Of a stretch of 64,000 nt of DNA, positions 62,444-64,000 are shown one piece after another. The stretch is from the sequence record ON529852.1, one strand, 5' to 3'. The stretch's first letter is position 1; the number at the start of each line of letters is the position of its first letter. The translations under genes and the position numbers were made by a program. Under the pieces are notes generated by a model, which saw nothing but the letters and a program-made list of their open reading frames with translations, had not been told where the DNA came from and did not search any database.

Positions 62444-62597
62444 GTTAACCTTAACAAGGCGTTAACCTTAACGCGGTTTTGGTTAACGGGGCGTTAACCT
62501 TAACGCCTGGATGGTTAACGCGGTGTTAACCTTAACGCGGTGATGGTTAACGGGCCGTTTACCTTGACGGCGGGAGGGTTAACGGCCCCAGGGTTAA
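62444..62597. repeat. 32-bp-period tandem array of CtrA boxes
   Basis: TTAA-N7-TTAA at 62451, 62483, 62515; near-match at 62547; half-site at 62579. Confidence 0.85.
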
Positions 62598-62606
62598 TCG
62601 GGGCGG

Positions 62607-62873
62607 CGTCAAATCGCGCTCGCGTCAAATTCGGCCGGCGTCAAATCGAAACGCCGTCAAGTCAAGTCTGTCGCGTTGAAGCGCGCTCGCGTCAAATCGG
62701 CCGATCGTCAAATCGCGCTCCCGTCAAATCCAGATCGCGTCAAATTCGCGGGGCGTCAAATCGCGCTCCCGTCAAATCGACCGGGCGTCAAATCGGCGAG
62801 GCGTCAAATCGACCGGGCGTCAAATCGTCGAGGCGTCAAGTCGACCGGGCGGCCTGAAGCGGGCCGGCGTCAA
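62607..62873 (+). repeat. CGTCAA(A/G)T array, locus 3 (15 cores, 16-bp period)
   Basis: 62607, 62623, 62639, 62655, then 62690 to 62834 every 16 bp, and 62868. Confidence 0.92.
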
Positions 62874-63075
62874 GTCGGGCTGCCAGGGCGCGCCCGAGCG
62901 GGCTTGCGCGGCGCTCCGCCTCCCAGGGAGGACGCCTGGAAGAAACGGCCTGAAGCGCGCCCCAGCGCCTCTTTTTACCCCGAGCCGGGGCAGGGTCAAG
63001 CCGAACAGGGTCGAGAAGGCCGTTTTCCGGGCCGTGGAGCGCCCTGGCGCGGGCGGGGCGTCCGCAGGCTCGGCA

Positions 63076-63513
63076 GAGTCACGAAACCCATCCACGGGCC
63101 GGAAAACCAGGCAGGACGGGCGATTGTCAGTCATGATACCTGCGAACGATGACTCTGCCGGGATTTTTGTCAGTCACGAAACCCGGAGGCGGGCTTAGCC
63201 GGCGATCCCGGCGCCCAGGCGGGTCAGTGTCAGCGATTGTATCAATGCGGGACACAATAAGGCGAGATTAGGGCGAAATGCGATTTCAGGGCGGAGTCAC
63301 GTTTGCCGGAGGCGGAGTCACGTTTGCCGACGAAGAATCAATGACTTAGCGACGATCTGGGCGCGGTCGGCGACCAGGCGGCGGCCGTGAAACAATTCCA
63401 GATCGACGATTCCGGGCGGCGCTCAGAAAACGTGACTCAGTCGAGCCTTTGAAATCATTGAGGAAATCGGGACGATCGCGATGTGAGTCACATCATGCAC
63501 CAACGATGACTCC
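63076..63513. repeat. cluster of (G)AGTCA / TGACT(C) motifs including N16 dyads
   Basis: Dyads at 63128-63155 and 63485-63512; GGAGTCACGTTTGCCG twice (63293, 63314). Confidence 0.75.
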
Positions 63514-63592
63514 GTCAGTCGAGGCGCAAAAACAGGCAAAATCACAGTAAAATCAGTGATTTAGGGGCGTTTTTCGGGATTTTGGGGTGAAA

Positions 63593-63775
63593 TTAGCGGC
63601 GATTCCGGTGAAATCGGTCGATGGCGGTGTCGTGAGGGGCTTGCCGCCCGTCAAAACGCCCTGCACGCTCCCGATGACGCCGTTTGCGCTCCCAGGGACC
63701 GGGCCAGATGATCTGGACGGTCCAGACCAGCAGCAGGAGGAACACAAAGGCCCCCATGACGATCGCTACCCACAT
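63593..63775 (-). CDS. possible small membrane protein, 60 aa
   Basis: N-terminal hydrophobic helix; GGAGAG RBS. Confidence 0.5.
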   Translation of the reverse strand: MWVAIVMGAFVFLLLLVWTVQIIWPGPWERKRRHRERAGRFDGRQAPHDTAIDRFHRNRR

Positions 63776-63805
63776 CGCGCGCTCTCCGTGACCTGGTGAA
63801 TGACC

Positions 63806-64000
63806 AGGGTCCCCGACGGATGAATCTGGAGGGTCCCCCGACCGAAAATTCGCCAGGGTCCCTGGACGAAAAATTCCAAAGGGTCCCCGGCCGTTAATTC
63901 AGCAGGGTCCCCCGGTCGAAAAATCCCGAGGGGTCCCCGCGTTGAATTCGCCAGGGTCCCTGGGCGATGAATCCAGACGGGTCCCCGGTCCAGAAAATCC
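63806..64000 (+). repeat. AGGGTCCCC array, locus 3 (at least 8 units, 24-26 bp period, runs off the window)
   Basis: Cores near 63806, 63830, 63855, 63880, 63904, 63929, 63953, 63978. Confidence 0.9.

Noticed and set aside
1-64000. tRNA genes
   Set aside because: No cloverleaf with T-loop GTTCRA and an acceptor stem was found by eye; tRNAscan-SE would confirm.

Overview
This window is part of a large, GC-rich, lytic-type phage genome of the phiCbK-like group (Caulobacter/Brevundimonas-type alphaproteobacterial host). Almost all genes are on the minus strand. Positions 1-26 kb hold a head module (portal, probable scaffold, major and minor capsid proteins), two HNH-type endonucleases, DEDD, DHH and HD hydrolases, an Ntn-hydrolase, a secreted trypsin-like protease, a holin-like protein, a Phd-like antitoxin and many small tightly coupled hypothetical genes. 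Positions 26.2-62.2 kb are organised differently: mostly mono- or bicistronic cassettes, with about 50 near-identical promoters (manual count) each built on a CtrA box (TTAA-N7-TTAA). This region includes ArdC, an ArfA-like peptide and Rmf-like peptides. Most notable: (1) an unannotated ~515-nt highly structured + strand RNA at ~469-985 with its own promoter and terminator; (2) a composite non-coding repeat locus (CGTCAA array followed 1.2 kb later by an AGGGTCCCC array) present three times with nearly constant internal spacing, once running through a CDS; (3) a ~200-nt structured RNA containing an RBS-ATG-AAG-TGA minigene; (4) translation-targeting small proteins missed by the ORF track. No tRNA, rRNA, CRISPR array or integrase was recognised. 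All family calls come from motif recognition by eye, not database searches.
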